The notes below the pieces were generated by a model that was not told the DNA's origin, did not search any database, and saw only the letters and a list, made by a program, of their open reading frames with translations. The translations under genes were made by a program, and so were the position numbers. Source: Squalus acanthias (Eukaryota). From it: DNA of 64,000 bases. Each line of letters starts with the position of its first letter. Position 1 is the first letter of the stretch. Below, piece by piece: positions 62,406-64,000 of the stretch. The DNA lies in the NCBI GenBank assembly GCA_030390025.1, contig CM059427.1, positions 132,370,001 to 132,434,000 of the forward strand, read 5' to 3'.

Positions 62406-63218
62406 TACTTTCTTCTACTTCCAGAACATTGACTGCTTACGCACATACCTTACTCCTCCTGTTGTTGAAACACATAGTCACACCTTCATCACCACAAGGA
62501 TCAATTTCCCCTTACCAGCCATCCTGCTACCCATCATAGACCAATTGCGTATTATGTACAGTCAATGAGGAAGTAACATCAACACTGCTAATAAATACTG
62601 CCAGGGACAAGCTCGGAACTGCTGTGTCTGTGCCAGGAATGAGATTTTAGACGCAGAGTCTTTTGCTAATAGATTTATTAGAGAAACTGATACTCCTGGA
62701 TAACACACGTGACAATGCAAAGGCTGCGGGAGACCTCACATTACAGTTGCAGAGATCAGCCGAGGGTGATTAGCCCTTGGGTCTTAACTTTGCGTTACAA
62801 TGGTCTCGCTTGTATCCTTCTGAAAAGCCATTACATCATGTCGTGCATTTTGTGAACTTTACTCATGGTTTACATTAACTATCATTATCTCATCATTCCA
62901 CTGATTTTGTATCAGTGGGTGCAAGTTCTATAATGGATCTCGGTACATAACAAAAACTGCCTTGACTCCTTACATGCACAGAAAAGATAAAGATATAGGC
63001 CCATATTTTGTGGTCAGCGGTGAAGGAACGACGCTCGCTGTTCACCTCGCTGACAGCTGCCCACAAAGTTTTCTCGCTTTTGAGCATAGACATGCTCGAC
63101 TTTGGCGTCTGATCCAGTGCGGTGCCCTGTACAGGGCATCTGTGGACTCTGTGAGCAGGCAAAGCAACAGTGAGGCTCTCCAACCAATCAGATTGAAGAA
63201 TCCTCACTGAGACTCTTT

Positions 63219-64000
63219 GGGCTGAATTTTGCCGGCGCTCAGAGGGCGGGTTTGGAGGTGGGTCCGCTGTCAAAATGGCAGTGATTGATAGCGGGGCGGA
63301 AGTCCGCTCTGAACCCACTTCCTTGTTAATTTCCCAAGTGCTGGGTCTGCCTGCGGTTTGCAGACCCGGCACTAAGCGGCGGGTCAGGCAATTGAGATAC
63401 TTAAGAAGCTGCTTAAAGGTATTTAAACAGCATTTTACTAGGTCCTAACGATTTTTCCATGTTTTTTACGAGGTTCCCGGCACTCGGGGATCACGTCAGG
63501 TAAGTGTGTCGGGTTCTCAATGACTCTCCATTGCTGTGAATAGTTGACAGCTGCAAAAGTGGTATAAAAGCAACCATTTCACAGCTGTTCAATTTCTAAT
63601 CTTAGTGGCTGGAGCCTTCAGGATTTGGAATACACTTTTCAGCTTTATGGAGGTTTGAAGTGTTTGGAGCAAACTCTCTATCCAGTGTCATCTCCTTGGA
63701 GCAACCTCTCTCACCATTGACAGATCGCTTCTGTCATCTCAACTTCACCTGCCATTTATTCCATCAACATGAAAATATCTCACCTTGGTCCTCAGAATCC
63801 CACCACGATCAGCCCCAACACTAACATCACCAGGCACACCAGCATCACCAGGCACACCAGCATCACCAACAACAACACAAACCTTCTCCGCAATCACCTG
63901 ATGCTGCACAGGAGACAGGGCATCAGCACCCGAGCACATTGCTGCCCTGGACGCCAGGAATGGCCTCACTGTGGCCACATTTACTTTAGTTGACGCTGTG
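63219..64000 (+). mobile_element. Left end of another Harbinger element, nested in an older element starting at about 62998; runs off the window
   Basis: TIR GGGCTGAATTTTGCC like 11506; GC-box-rich subterminus; donor CAGGTAAGT at about 63497; His/Gln-rich low-complexity ORF remnants. Confidence 0.55.

Overview
Repeat-rich vertebrate genomic DNA, most likely a cartilaginous fish (shark), inferred from HE1-like V-SINE, SacSINE1-like Deu-SINEs, abundant CR1 LINEs and Penelope-type termini. One host gene can be reconstructed on the + strand: a four-exon PARM1-like mucin-type membrane protein (CDS 28191-28242, 28860-29558, 56092-56170, 58945-59029; 915 nt, 304 aa). Most of the rest is nested transposable elements. 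These include CR1 and CR1/L2-group LINE fragments, SINEs, a full-length but decayed PIF/Harbinger transposon (20694-27363), a Myb-only Harbinger derivative (11506-13176), many Harbinger-type MITEs with 3-bp TSDs, and a 31-bp G-rich minisatellite. The most notable unannotated structures are (i) short TSD-flanked Penelope-derived inserts carrying minimal hammerhead ribozyme motifs, including a back-to-back double-ribozyme hairpin, and (ii) a MITE family whose internal dyads show compensatory base-pair changes next to promoter motifs and splice donors. All family assignments come from motif recognition by eye; no database searches were run.
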